Below are positions 28,955 through 38,065 of a DNA stretch of 64,000 bases, in pieces. Source of the stretch: Dehalococcoidia bacterium (GTDB lineage Bacteria > Chloroflexota > Dehalococcoidia > Bin125); the NCBI GenBank assembly GCA_963663895.2, contig CAXXRD010000001.1, forward strand, positions 672,001 to 736,000, written 5' to 3'. Below the pieces are notes generated by a model, which saw only the letters and a program-made list of their open reading frames with translations, did no database searches and was not told the origin of the DNA. How positions within the stretch are numbered: the stretch's first letter is position 1; each line of letters begins with the position of its first letter. Made by a program: the position numbers and the translations under genes.

Positions 28955-30693
28955 GCGATCTCCTCCAGCTGCTCCATGACCCAGCCGGGCGTCATGTGGC
29001 GGCCGTCGTACTTGAGGATCCTGTTCGGGATCTCGATGCCGGTCTGCGCGCGCAAGTGCCGGGCAAGCTGACCGGTGAAATTCTGCTCTACGGCGACGAG
29101 CGCCTTCGCTCGTTCCAGCGGCTCCGCTCCTCCCGCAGGGAACGGCTGTAGGTCAGTGTAGTGGATCAGATTGAAGCGGCCCTCCGAGCGGTCGACGACT
29201 TCGGTCAACACGCCCCAGGTCCCGCCCCAAGCGACCAACGAGACCGGCGCCTCGGCCGGTCCGTAGACGGTCGGGGGTTCCATCTGGGTGTGCGCGCCTT
29301 CCAGCTTGCGCATACGCTTCCGCATCATGGCGATGCGGTTCGTGGCCTCTTCGGTGATGCCGCCGAACTCGTCGTGCTCGTCGGACATGCCGTGTACCAA
29401 CGCGTTCGGATGGCCGGGCACCGCGCGGGGACTGACCCCGTCTTCGCTGAAGGCATAGCGACCGTAGGGCTCGGCCAGCTCCTCAATCGCATCGTAGGTC
29501 AGCGTCTTGCCGCGATCGATCTCCGCCGCCACCGTCTCCAAATCGAGCGCGCTGGTGGGAACGGAGACGAGCGAGTTCGAGGTAAAGAGGTCGCTGAGCA
29601 GAATCACGGGACACTGGTACTGCTCGGCGAGGTTGAAACAGCGGGCCGTCCGGTAGAACCCATCGACCGCGTCCTTGAGCGCCGTAACGATCATCGGGAA
29701 CTCGCCGTGGCCTGCGTGCATGGCGAAGTGAAGGTCCGGCTGCTCCGTGCGCGTGGCGAGGCCAGTGGCGGGCCCCCCGCGTTGAACCTCGACGATCACC
29801 ACCGGGACCTCGTTCATTCCCGCCAGCGAGAGGTGCTCCACCATGAGTGCGAAGCCGCCGCCCGAGGATCCGGTGAGCGCGCGCACCCCACCCCAGGACG
29901 CTCCCAGCGCGAAGGCGATCGCCGCGATCTCGTCTTCCGTCTGCTGGACCACGATGCCGAGATCACGCGCGCCCGTCAGCTCTTCGAGAATGGTCGACCA
30001 CGGAGTCATGGGGTAGCCGCTAACGGCCTTGCAGCCCGCCGCGATCGCTCCCAGGGCGACTGCCTGGTTGCCGTGGATCAGCATTGAGGGGCCGGCGCCG
30101 TTCCCCGCTGGAGGAGGAGGCAGCCGGTGGGGGAAGCCGTCCACCCGCTCGGCGCCCCACTCGTAACCGGCGCGCGCCACCGCCAGGTTCTCCTCGACGG
30201 CCGCCTCGCCCTTGCGGGAGAAGTTCTCGCGGATAATCTGCGCGACGGCATCGAAATCGAAGTTGGTCAGCGCCGAGGCGATGCTGAGCGCCACGGTATT
30301 GGCCATCACCTTGTCGTTGCCGACCGTCGTCGCGATCTCGATCAGAGGCGCTGGGACCGCACGAGCGCCGGCATCCGCGATCGCGCCGGCGTCGACATCG
30401 TCGCGGCCCGTGTCGTAGATGACGGCGCCGCCCGCCCGCATCTCCGGCACGTGCTGGGGCACGGAGACATCGTCGAGGGCGATAAGGATCGAGTGCTGCC
30501 GGGCATGCGCGCGGACCGGCTCGTCGGAGGCGCGCAGTTGGTAGAAGTTATGTCCTCCACGAATGCGCGATTCGTAATCCTGCGCCGCGAAAACATGGTA
30601 CCCGGCACGGACATGGGCCTTGGCTAATCCCGCCCCCGACGACTCCACGCCCTGCCCGGCAGCACCTCCAATTGTGTAGGTCACTTCAGGCAT
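28951..30693 (-). CDS. 2-oxoacid:ferredoxin oxidoreductase alpha subunit (gamma-alpha fusion)
   Basis: GGAAGQGV, YESRIRGGHN, GNQAVALG, YPMTP, EDEIAA, QRGGPATG, SDEHDE, VEQN. Confidence 0.95.
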   Translation of the reverse strand: MPEVTYTIGGAAGQGVESSGAGLAKAHVRAGYHVFAAQDYESRIRGGHNFYQLRASDEPVRAHARQHSILIALDDVSVPQHVPEMRAGGAVIYDTGRDDVDAGAIADAGARAVPAPLIEIATTVGNDKVMANTVALSIASALTNFDFDAVAQIIRENFSRKGEAAVEENLAVARAGYEWGAERVDGFPHRLPPPPAGNGAGPSMLIHGNQAVALGAIAAGCKAVSGYPMTPWSTILEELTGARDLGIVVQQTEDEIAAIAFALGASWGGVRALTGSSGGGFALMVEHLSLAGMNEVPVVIVEVQRGGPATGLATRTEQPDLHFAMHAGHGEFPMIVTALKDAVDGFYRTARCFNLAEQYQCPVILLSDLFTSNSLVSVPTSALDLETVAAEIDRGKTLTYDAIEELAEPYGRYAFSEDGVSPRAVPGHPNALVHGMSDEHDEFGGITEEATNRIAMMRKRMRKLEGAHTQMEPPTVYGPAEAPVSLVAWGGTWGVLTEVVDRSEGRFNLIHYTDLQPFPAGGAEPLERAKALVAVEQNFTGQLARHLRAQTGIEIPNRILKYDGRHMTPGWVMEQLEEIA

Positions 30694-30842
30694 AGCAACG
30701 TCCTTACGAGATTCGACAACTCACGCCCTGTCGAAAGATGGCATTGAGTGAGCCGCCCGCTGGACAGGAGCAGTATACCCATTACGGACCCGTGCCAAGG
30801 CCCCATCTTCCAACCCAAGCCGACCCAAGGCCGATCGCACCC

Positions 30843-31592
30843 CTACGAAGGGCTCTCTACATCAGGCAGCGGGCGGCGGGCGCTGTGCAGAGTGACGGTT
30901 CCGGCCCCCATGCGCCGAAACCGTACGTGCACCGCTCCCGCATCCGTCAGCATGCGCGCCAGCGCTTCGGCGTCGGGATAGCCATCAAGCGAACGCGACA
31001 AGTAACGATAGGCCTCATGGTCACCGCTCAGCCGGGCCGCGACTCCCGTCGCCAATTGATGGAAGAGGAAGCGGCGGGGCAGCGCGAGCGGGCCCGACGG
31101 TACATGGGTGATATCCAACGCCACCAGCCGCCCGCCCGGCCGCAGGACCCGCAACATCTCCCGTAAGCCCTGGGACAGGTCGACGAGGTTCCGCAGCAGG
31201 AAGCCACTGGTGACGGCGTCGAAGCTGGCGTCGGGGAAGGGGATCTGCAGTGCGTCGGCCTGCAAGGCCGAGGGCGGTGCTTCCCCGCGCGCCGCCGCCT
31301 TGCGACGGTCCGCTACCAACATCGGCCGCGTGAAGTCGACGCGGACCACTCGCGCCGCGCCCGCGTGTTCCAGCGCCTGTGCGAGGTCGCCCGTACCGGA
31401 GCCGAGATCCAGCACGTAGGCGCCTTCGGGCTCGGCCGCCGCTGCCGCGGCATGCCGCCAGCGTCCGTCCAGCCCGATGGTCATGCAGCGGTTCATGCGG
31501 TCGTACCACGGGACGAGACGCCCGAACATCGCTTGGATCGCGACTGCCCGCTCGCGATCGGGTTCGGGAAGCGTCGGATGTCGAGTGGTCAT
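30843..31592 (-). CDS. menG: Demethylmenaquinone methyltransferase (UbiE/MenG)
   Basis: MFGRLVPWYDRMN, LDLGSGTGD, ADALQIPFPDASFD, GFLLRN, RVLRPGG, AYRYL; divergent from tetR-menB-menA. Confidence 0.88.
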   Translation of the reverse strand: MTTRHPTLPEPDRERAVAIQAMFGRLVPWYDRMNRCMTIGLDGRWRHAAAAAAEPEGAYVLDLGSGTGDLAQALEHAGAARVVRVDFTRPMLVADRRKAAARGEAPPSALQADALQIPFPDASFDAVTSGFLLRNLVDLSQGLREMLRVLRPGGRLVALDITHVPSGPLALPRRFLFHQLATGVAARLSGDHEAYRYLSRSLDGYPDAEALARMLTDAGAVHVRFRRMGAGTVTLHSARRPLPDVESPS

Positions 31593-31640
31593 CGCACCGC
31601 CCACGCGCTCCAGCGGTCGCGCGCCCTCTCTCGCACACGC

Positions 31641-31670
31641 TTGTGAGCCGTTGCCGCGCTTTGCTAGCGT
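31641..31670 (+). promoter_or_regulatory. Putative sigma70 promoter of tetR-menB-menA
   Basis: TTGTGA-N18-TAGCGT with extended -10 TG; TTTGCTAGCGT is identical to the menF promoter. Confidence 0.62.
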
Positions 31671-31675
31671 AGCCG

Positions 31676-31697
31676 AAACCGACCACCGAGTCGGTTT
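31676..31697. promoter_or_regulatory. Palindromic operator (putative TetR autoregulatory site)
   Basis: AAACCGAC-CACCGA-GTCGGTTT between divergent menG and tetR; same half-sites and 6-bp spacer as 19300-19327. Confidence 0.8.
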
Positions 31698-31714
31698 TCG
31701 CTCCGCGAGGCGCC

Positions 31715-32344
31715 ATGGTCGGGAAACAAGCGCGAGCACGCGACCGCAAGCAACGCATCCTCGAAGCCGCCGCCGATGTTTTCGCGCAGCGCGGCTACGG
31801 CGACGCAGGGGTCGACGAGATCGCGACGGCGGCGGGCACCTCGAAGGGCGGGCTCTATTTCCACTTCTCCGGGAAGGAAGCGCTACTGATCGCACTCCTT
31901 GATCATACGAGCCGGCTGCTGATGAGCCGCGTTCGCGCGGCGCTCGACGAACAGGAGGAACCGGTGGACAGAGCGGCGGCGGCGCTGCTGACGCTGCTGC
32001 ACACGCTCGGGAAGCACCGCTCCTTGGCGCGCGTGTTCGCGGTCGAGGCGCTGGGTGCCGGGCCCAAGCTCAACCGTCGCATCCTCGAGCTGCAGCGGAG
32101 CTTTGAGGCGATCATCGAAGAGCAGCTCGATGAAGCGATCGCGCGCGGCGCGATCGCGCCGGTGGAGACACGCGTCACCGCCCAAGCCTGGGTGGGAATC
32201 CTCCACGCCGTGCTCATGCGCTGGTTACTGGACCCCCAGGCCCGGCCCATGGACGAACTCTTCCCCATTTTACGCCGGCTCCTGCTGCAGAGCGTGGGCC
32301 TCAGCGTCGATAGATCGACAGAACTCGCAGGGACGATCCGATGA
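31715..32344 (+). CDS. TetR/AcrR family transcriptional regulator
   Basis: [45 protein letters not shown]; ATGA overlap with menB. Confidence 0.95.
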   Translation: MVGKQARARDRKQRILEAAADVFAQRGYGDAGVDEIATAAGTSKGGLYFHFSGKEALLIALLDHTSRLLMSRVRAALDEQEEPVDRAAAALLTLLHTLGKHRSLARVFAVEALGAGPKLNRRILELQRSFEAIIEEQLDEAIARGAIAPVETRVTAQAWVGILHAVLMRWLLDPQARPMDELFPILRRLLLQSVGLSVDRSTELAGTIR

Positions 32345-33180
32345 CAACCACGCAACCACGTTCGATCGCTTGGCAACCCCAACACGACGGCTACAACGAC
32401 ATCCTTTATGAAAGCGCAGCGGGGATCAGCAAGATCACGATCAACCGGCCCGAAGTGCGCAACGCGTTCCGGCCCCGAACGCTGGCGGAGCTCCGCGACG
32501 CGTTCACGCGCGCCCATTTGGATCCCGAGACCGGTGTCATCATCCTCACGGGCGCGGGGGACCGTGCCTTCTGCTCCGGCGGCGACCAGCGCATCCGGGG
32601 TGACGGCGGCTACCTGGACGACGCGGGCACGCCGGAGCTGAGCGTTTTACAGCTGCAGCGCCAAATTCGCACGATCCCCAAGCCCGTGATCGCCATGGTG
32701 GCGGGTTACGCGATCGGCGGCGGCCACGTCCTGCACATCGTCTGCGACCTCACGATCGCGGCAGACAACGCCGTCTTCGGCCAAACGGGACCCAAGGTCG
32801 GCTCGTTCGATGGGGGCTTCGGATCCACCCAGCTGGCCCGCATCGTGGGGCACAAGAAGGCGCGGGAGATCTGGTACCTCTGTCGCCAGTACTCGGCCCA
32901 AGAGGCACTGGAGATGGGGCTGGTCAACACCGTCGTTCCCCTGGCGCGCTTGGAAGAGGAAACCGTGGCTTGGTGCCAGGAGATTCTGGAGAAAAGCCCG
33001 ATCGCGATCCGCATGCTCAAAGCCTCGTTCAACGCGGACACGGACGGGCTCGTCGGGATCCAGCAGCTCGCAGGCGACTCCACCCTGCTCTATTACCTCA
33101 CCGATGAGGCGAAGGAAGGCCAGCGCGCGTTCCTAGAGAAGCGCAAGCCGGACTTCTCCAAGTTCCCCCGCCTCCCCTAA
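32341..33180 (+). CDS. menB: 1,4-Dihydroxy-2-naphthoyl-CoA synthase
   Basis: [65 protein letters not shown]. Confidence 0.97.
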   Translation: MTTTQPRSIAWQPQHDGYNDILYESAAGISKITINRPEVRNAFRPRTLAELRDAFTRAHLDPETGVIILTGAGDRAFCSGGDQRIRGDGGYLDDAGTPELSVLQLQRQIRTIPKPVIAMVAGYAIGGGHVLHIVCDLTIAADNAVFGQTGPKVGSFDGGFGSTQLARIVGHKKAREIWYLCRQYSAQEALEMGLVNTVVPLARLEEETVAWCQEILEKSPIAIRMLKASFNADTDGLVGIQQLAGDSTLLYYLTDEAKEGQRAFLEKRKPDFSKFPRLP

Positions 33181-33185
33181 GCCGC

Positions 33186-34094
33186 GTGTCTCGAGAAGAG
33201 CAGGCGTTACCGGTCCTTCCGGCCTGGCGCATCTGGATGCGGGCCATTCGGCCCGCCACCTTGACCGCGGCCGTTGCGCCGGTCCTCGTGGGCACCGCCG
33301 CCGCCAGCCCCATCGTACCGCTGCGCGAGCTCCCCTTCGTGGCCGCGCTGGGAGCCGCCGTTCTCCTGCAGATCGGCGCCAACTTCGCCAACGACTTGGC
33401 CGACTTCGAGCGCGGAGCCGACCGGGAGGACCGCATCGGCCCTCCTCGGGTCGTACAGAGCGGGCTGGTACCGCCGCTGGCCATGCGCTGGGCGACCGCG
33501 ATCGTGCTGGGCGCGGCCGCGCTGATCGGCGTCTACCTGATCACCGTGGCGGGCTGGCCGATCCTGGTGCTGGGCGCGGCCGCGATCGCCGCTGCGATCG
33601 CCTACACGGGCGGGCCCTGGCCTTTCGGATACCACGGCTTAGGCGACGTGTTCGTCTTCGTGTTCTTCGGTCTTGCCGCGGTGGCCGGAAGCTACTTCCT
33701 GCAAACCGAGATGCTCTCCGCTCCCGCCTTCGCCGCGGCGATCCCCGTGGGGATGACCGTGACCGCGATCCTCGTCGTCAACAACCTTCGCGACATCGCG
33801 GGGGATCGCCGCAGCGGCAAGCGCACGCTGGCGGTCATGATCGGCGCCCGAGCGACCCGTGCGCAGTATCTGCTGCTTGTCGGTCTGCCCTACGCGCTTG
33901 TGACGGCCTTCGCCGCCGCCGGCCTGCTGCCCTGGTGGGCGCTGCTGGTTTGGGCGAGCGCACCGCTCGCCCTACACCTCGGCGGACGTATCGCCGCCCG
34001 CACCGAGGGACGTGCCCTGACCCCGCTCCTCAAGCAAACGGGGCAGCTACATCTGCTTTTCGGATTGCTGTTGGCGGCGAGTTTCCTGGTCTAG
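33186..34094 (+). CDS. menA: 1,4-Dihydroxy-2-naphthoate prenyltransferase
   Basis: AIRPATL, LQIGANFAND, GAD..RIGP, YTGGPWPFGYHGLGD, VVNNLRD, KRTLAV. Confidence 0.95.
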   Translation: MSREEQALPVLPAWRIWMRAIRPATLTAAVAPVLVGTAAASPIVPLRELPFVAALGAAVLLQIGANFANDLADFERGADREDRIGPPRVVQSGLVPPLAMRWATAIVLGAAALIGVYLITVAGWPILVLGAAAIAAAIAYTGGPWPFGYHGLGDVFVFVFFGLAAVAGSYFLQTEMLSAPAFAAAIPVGMTVTAILVVNNLRDIAGDRRSGKRTLAVMIGARATRAQYLLLVGLPYALVTAFAAAGLLPWWALLVWASAPLALHLGGRIAARTEGRALTPLLKQTGQLHLLFGLLLAASFLV

Positions 34095-35485
34095 GCGTCG
34101 CGCGCAGGGGCGAGGTCGGTTTCCGATTCAGCAGGCTCCTGCTCAGCCAGCGTGAACCGCAGCAGTGTGTATCCCAGAACCGCCGCCACGAGGGAGGCCG
34201 CGAAGATCCCGATCTTCGCGTTCGTGATGAGCTGATCCGAATCGAAGGACAGGGTCGCAAGGAAGATCGCCACGGTGAAGCCGATCCCTCCCAGCAACGC
34301 GACTCCGCTGATCTGGAGCCATGTGACACCGCGCGGCAGCGTTGCCAGCCCCAAACGCACGGCCAGGAACGCGGCCCCCGTGATTCCCACGAGCTTCCCC
34401 ACCACCAAGCCCACACCTGCTCCCCAGAACACGGAACTGTCTAGGGCATCGGAGAGTGCGCCCCCTCCGAGCTCGATATCGGCGTTGGCCATTGCGAAAA
34501 TTGGGACGATCACGAAGCTGGTCCAGGGCAAGAGCATGTGCACGACCCGATCCAACGGCGACTCCGACTCGCGCGCCAGCTCTTCAATGTCGCTCAGCGC
34601 GGCATCCGTCTGATCGTGACTCTCTCTCTTGTCGCTCAACGCCATCCCTTTCTCGAACCGCTCGCGGTAGCGTGCCAGCGACTCCAGGAACCGCTCCCGC
34701 GCGTACGGTGCGCCCGCAGGAGCCGCGAGGCCCATGGCCACGCCGGCGATCGTGGCGTGTACTCCGGATTCATGCGTGGCGAGCCAGAGCGCCGCACCGA
34801 CCACGAAAGGAGCGCCGATCGCCCGTATCTGCACTCGATGCATCACGAACACCAGAGCCAACAGCGCCAGTGCGATCCCAAAGGCAACGACGTTAATTTC
34901 CTCTGTGAAGAAGACGGCGATCACAACGATGCCCCCCACATCGTCGGCAACCGCTAGGGCAAGCAAGAAGATCTTCAGCGAGAGCGGGACGCGCCGGCCC
35001 AAGAGTGACAAAACGCCGAGGGCGAAGGCGATGTCCGTAGCGACCGGGATCGCCCAGCCATTGATCCCGTCCCCGCCCATGTTGAACCCAACGTAGATCG
35101 CCACCGGCACAATCATGCCGCCCACCGCCGAAATGACCGGCAGCGCCGCGCGGCGCCGGTCCGAGAGCTCGCCATGCGCGAACTCACGCTTGATCTCCAG
35201 AGAGACCACCAAGAAAAAGAAGGCCATGAGCAGGTCGTTGACCCACTCAGTCAAGGTCAGGTCGAGGTGGACGATGGAGAGATCCACCGAGAGATGGGTT
35301 CCCCAAAAGCTATGGTACGAGGCATCGGCGAGGTTGACCCAGATCAGCCCAACCAGCGCCGCCGCCACCAAAGCCAGGCCGCCCGCGGCCTCAACGCGCA
35401 TGAAGCGGGTCACTGGTTGCACGGCGATCCGCGCGAGGACGTGGTCGCTCTCTTGCCAAGTAACGCGATCCTCAGGCCTGGTCAC
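34091..35485 (-). CDS. nhaA: Na+/H+ antiporter NhaA
   Basis: WVNDLLMAFFF, LEIKRE, GGMIVP, WAIPVATDIAFA, LAVADD, SGVHAT, GKLVGI, GIGFT. Confidence 0.96.
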   Translation of the reverse strand: MTRPEDRVTWQESDHVLARIAVQPVTRFMRVEAAGGLALVAAALVGLIWVNLADASYHSFWGTHLSVDLSIVHLDLTLTEWVNDLLMAFFFLVVSLEIKREFAHGELSDRRRAALPVISAVGGMIVPVAIYVGFNMGGDGINGWAIPVATDIAFALGVLSLLGRRVPLSLKIFLLALAVADDVGGIVVIAVFFTEEINVVAFGIALALLALVFVMHRVQIRAIGAPFVVGAALWLATHESGVHATIAGVAMGLAAPAGAPYARERFLESLARYRERFEKGMALSDKRESHDQTDAALSDIEELARESESPLDRVVHMLLPWTSFVIVPIFAMANADIELGGGALSDALDSSVFWGAGVGLVVGKLVGITGAAFLAVRLGLATLPRGVTWLQISGVALLGGIGFTVAIFLATLSFDSDQLITNAKIGIFAASLVAAVLGYTLLRFTLAEQEPAESETDLAPARDA

Positions 35486-35496
35486 GTACGGTCTCC

Positions 35497-35551
35497 ACAG
35501 ACGAGCGTAATTTCCACCGGCGCGCGCCCACCACTCTCACGCTCACTCTGT
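35497..35551 (-). ncRNA. Candidate cis-regulatory RNA upstream of nhaA (resembles Na+-I/DUF1646 riboswitch)
   Basis: Minus strand ACAGA-GU-GAGCGUGA...GGUGGGC-GCGC-GCCGGUGGAA-AUUACGCUC-G-UCUGU; the outer stem ends at the GGAG SD. Similarity to the family consensus is from memory. Confidence 0.5.
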
Positions 35552-35605
35552 AGCGTAAAAGCGCTCGCGGACAGCGTCATCAAGAGCTGACAGCGCGCCG
35601 CCCAT

Positions 35606-37897
35606 CTAGGGCGCGGTCACCCGGCTGCGCTGCCGCTCGGCCGCCGCCACCATGTGTGTCAGGCTGGGGCGCACTTCGTCCCAATTGCGAGTCTTGAGCC
35701 CGCAGTCCGGATTAATCCAGAGTTGATCGGCGGCGAGGACGTCCAAGGCGTAGTCGATCAGCGTTTCCACACTCTTTTGGCTCGGCACGCGCGGGGAGTG
35801 GATATCGTAGACGCCCGGTCCGATCTGGTTGGGGTAGCGGAAGCGCGCGAAGCCCTCCAAGAGCTCCATCTGCGATCGTGACGCCTCGATCGAGATCACG
35901 TCGGCGTCCATCCGCGCAATCGCCTCCAGGATATCGTTGAACTCCGCATAACACATGTGCGTATGGATCTGCGTCTCATCATGAACGCCGGCCGCCGCCA
36001 GCCGAAAGCTCGCAACTGCCCACTCGAGGTAAGCGTCCCATTCCACGCGCCGCAATGGCAGCCCCTCACGCAGCGCGGGCTCGTCGATCTGGATGACCCG
36101 GATACCGGCGGCTTCCAGATCCCGCACTTCGTCGCGGATCGCGAGGGCGATCTGTCCAGCCGTGTCACGACGCGGCTGATCGTCGCGGACAAACGACCAC
36201 TGCAGGATGGTGATCGGTCCCGTCAGCATGCCTTTCACGGGCCGATCGGTCAGCGACTGCGCGTACCGCGCCCACCGCACCGTCATCGGCTCCGGCCGCG
36301 AAACGTCACCATAGATGATCGGCGGTCGCGCACAGCGCGACCCGTAGCTTTGGACCCAGCCGTGTTTCGTGACCGCCACGCCGGCCAAGCGCTCACCGAA
36401 GTACTCGACCATGTCGGTACGCTCGGGCTCCCCGTGCACGAGGACGTCCAACCCCACTTCTTCCTGGAAGCGTACGACGCGCTCGATCTCGGATTCCAAG
36501 AAGCCGTCGTATTCCGCAGCGCTCAGGCGCCCGGCTTTGAACGCGGCGCGGGTCTTCCGCACCGCGCCGGTCTGCGGGAACGATCCGATCGTGGTCGTGG
36601 GGAGCAGGGGCAGCCGTAGCCGCGCCTGCTGCGCGGCGTGGCGCTGCGCAAAGGCAGTCGCCCGGCGCTGCATGGCCTCATCCACCGAACCCATCCGGGC
36701 CGCAACCGCAGGATCGTGGACCCGGCTGGAGGCGCGGCGGCTGGCCAGCGCGGCGCGGCGCGCCTCCAGCTCCGCCGCTACCGCTGCTTCATCGACCAGG
36801 GCGCGCGCGAGCAGCGCGATCTCGTCGACCTTTTGCCGCGCGAAAGCCAACCACGAGTGCAGTTCCTCGTCCAGCTCCGTTTCGAGCCCAAGGTCGACAG
36901 GCGTATGCAAGAGCGAACACGACGGCCCGATCATCACCCGCTGGGGTCCAACAGACTCCAGCACCGCGCGCGCCGTTCCCAACGCCGCGTCGAGATCCGT
37001 ACGCCAAACGTTGCGGCCATCGACGAGCCCCAGGGAGAGCGTGCGTGCATCGGGAACTGCGGCCAACGTGCGCTGCACGAGCCGCCCTGTATGGGAAGCG
37101 CGCGTGAGGTCCAGATGCAATCCCGCCACCGGCAACCCCAGCGCCGTTTCGAGGTTGTCACCAGGGTCGCCGAAGTATGTTGCGAGGAGAAGCTTGAGTG
37201 ACGGGCCGGCGGCGCTGAGGCGTGCGTAGGCCTGGGCGTAGGCAGCACGTGCCCGCGCGCTGAGGTCCAGCACCAGCATCGGTTCGTCAACCTGCACCCA
37301 CGTGGCACCGGCTTCGGCCAGCTGGCGCAGTACTTGCTCATAGACGGGGAGCGCTTGGTCAAGCAGATCGAGCGGTTCGATCCCGGCGTGCCGTGACTTC
37401 CCCAGAAGCAGAAACGACACGGGACCCAGGAGTTTGGGCCGCGTCTCGATCCCGAGCGCTTTCGCCTCGCGATACTCATCGATCGCTTTGCTGGAGGCGA
37501 GCCGCAAGATCATCCCCGGCTCGAATTCCGGCACGATGTAGTGGTAGTTCGTATCGAACCACTTCGTCATCTCCATCGCCGGCGTATCGGGCCCGCCGCG
37601 CGCCATGGCGAAATAGGTGTCGCGATCGACCATTGAGCCGTTCCATCCGAACCGCGAGGGGACTGCACCGAGCATCGCCGCCGTATCCAGCACGTGGTCG
37701 TACAAGGAAAAGTCATTGGAAGGGATCTGGTCGATCCCAGCGGCCTGCTGCAACTCCCAGCTAGCGCGGCGCAGGGTCGCGCTCGCGGCGTCCAGTGCCG
37801 CCGCGTCGCTCCGCCCGCCCCAGAAGCTCTCGAGCGCTTTCTTCAGCTCGCGTCCGGGTCCGATACGCGGGTAGCCGAGATTACTAGCGGTGACCAT
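35606..37897 (-). CDS. metE: Cobalamin-independent methionine synthase
   Basis: GYPRIG, NDFSLYDHVLD, MTKWFDTNYHY, PTTTIGSFPQT, HGEPERTDMVEYF, HTHMCY, NPDCGLKTR. Confidence 0.97.
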   Translation of the reverse strand: MVTASNLGYPRIGPGRELKKALESFWGGRSDAAALDAASATLRRASWELQQAAGIDQIPSNDFSLYDHVLDTAAMLGAVPSRFGWNGSMVDRDTYFAMARGGPDTPAMEMTKWFDTNYHYIVPEFEPGMILRLASSKAIDEYREAKALGIETRPKLLGPVSFLLLGKSRHAGIEPLDLLDQALPVYEQVLRQLAEAGATWVQVDEPMLVLDLSARARAAYAQAYARLSAAGPSLKLLLATYFGDPGDNLETALGLPVAGLHLDLTRASHTGRLVQRTLAAVPDARTLSLGLVDGRNVWRTDLDAALGTARAVLESVGPQRVMIGPSCSLLHTPVDLGLETELDEELHSWLAFARQKVDEIALLARALVDEAAVAAELEARRAALASRRASSRVHDPAVAARMGSVDEAMQRRATAFAQRHAAQQARLRLPLLPTTTIGSFPQTGAVRKTRAAFKAGRLSAAEYDGFLESEIERVVRFQEEVGLDVLVHGEPERTDMVEYFGERLAGVAVTKHGWVQSYGSRCARPPIIYGDVSRPEPMTVRWARYAQSLTDRPVKGMLTGPITILQWSFVRDDQPRRDTAGQIALAIRDEVRDLEAAGIRVIQIDEPALREGLPLRRVEWDAYLEWAVASFRLAAAGVHDETQIHTHMCYAEFNDILEAIARMDADVISIEASRSQMELLEGFARFRYPNQIGPGVYDIHSPRVPSQKSVETLIDYALDVLAADQLWINPDCGLKTRNWDEVRPSLTHMVAAAERQRSRVTAP

Positions 37898-37938
37898 ATG
37901 CGTCCTTGCCGATCGTTAGTCGAGATCAACCTCTGGCA

Positions 37939-38050
37939 GCACGGCACCAGTATGCAGTCCGACGGGAGGACCGCCTAGCGGCGGATGCCGGAAGAGGCAA
38001 CCCGGCTAACAGAACTGGAGCGACCCGTAGGGAGCAGACCGGCCCCGTGC
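37939..38050 (-). ncRNA. Unclassified structured element in the metE leader
   Basis: Long interrupted stem (GCACGG/CCGUGC; CCGGU/ACUGG; ACGGG/CCCGU) enclosing hairpins GCCGG/CCGGC and CCGCC-GCUA-GGCGG; G-U pairs favour the metE sense strand. Confidence 0.4.
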
Positions 38051-38065
38051 AAGGAGCGTCGCCGG

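Noticed and set aside
37900-38060. Canonical cobalamin or SAM-I riboswitch, SRP RNA or RNase P RNA upstream of metE
   Set aside because: No B12 box or SAM-I core seen; GCCGGAAG and AACCCGGCT resemble SRP/RNase P fragments only superficially and in the wrong context.
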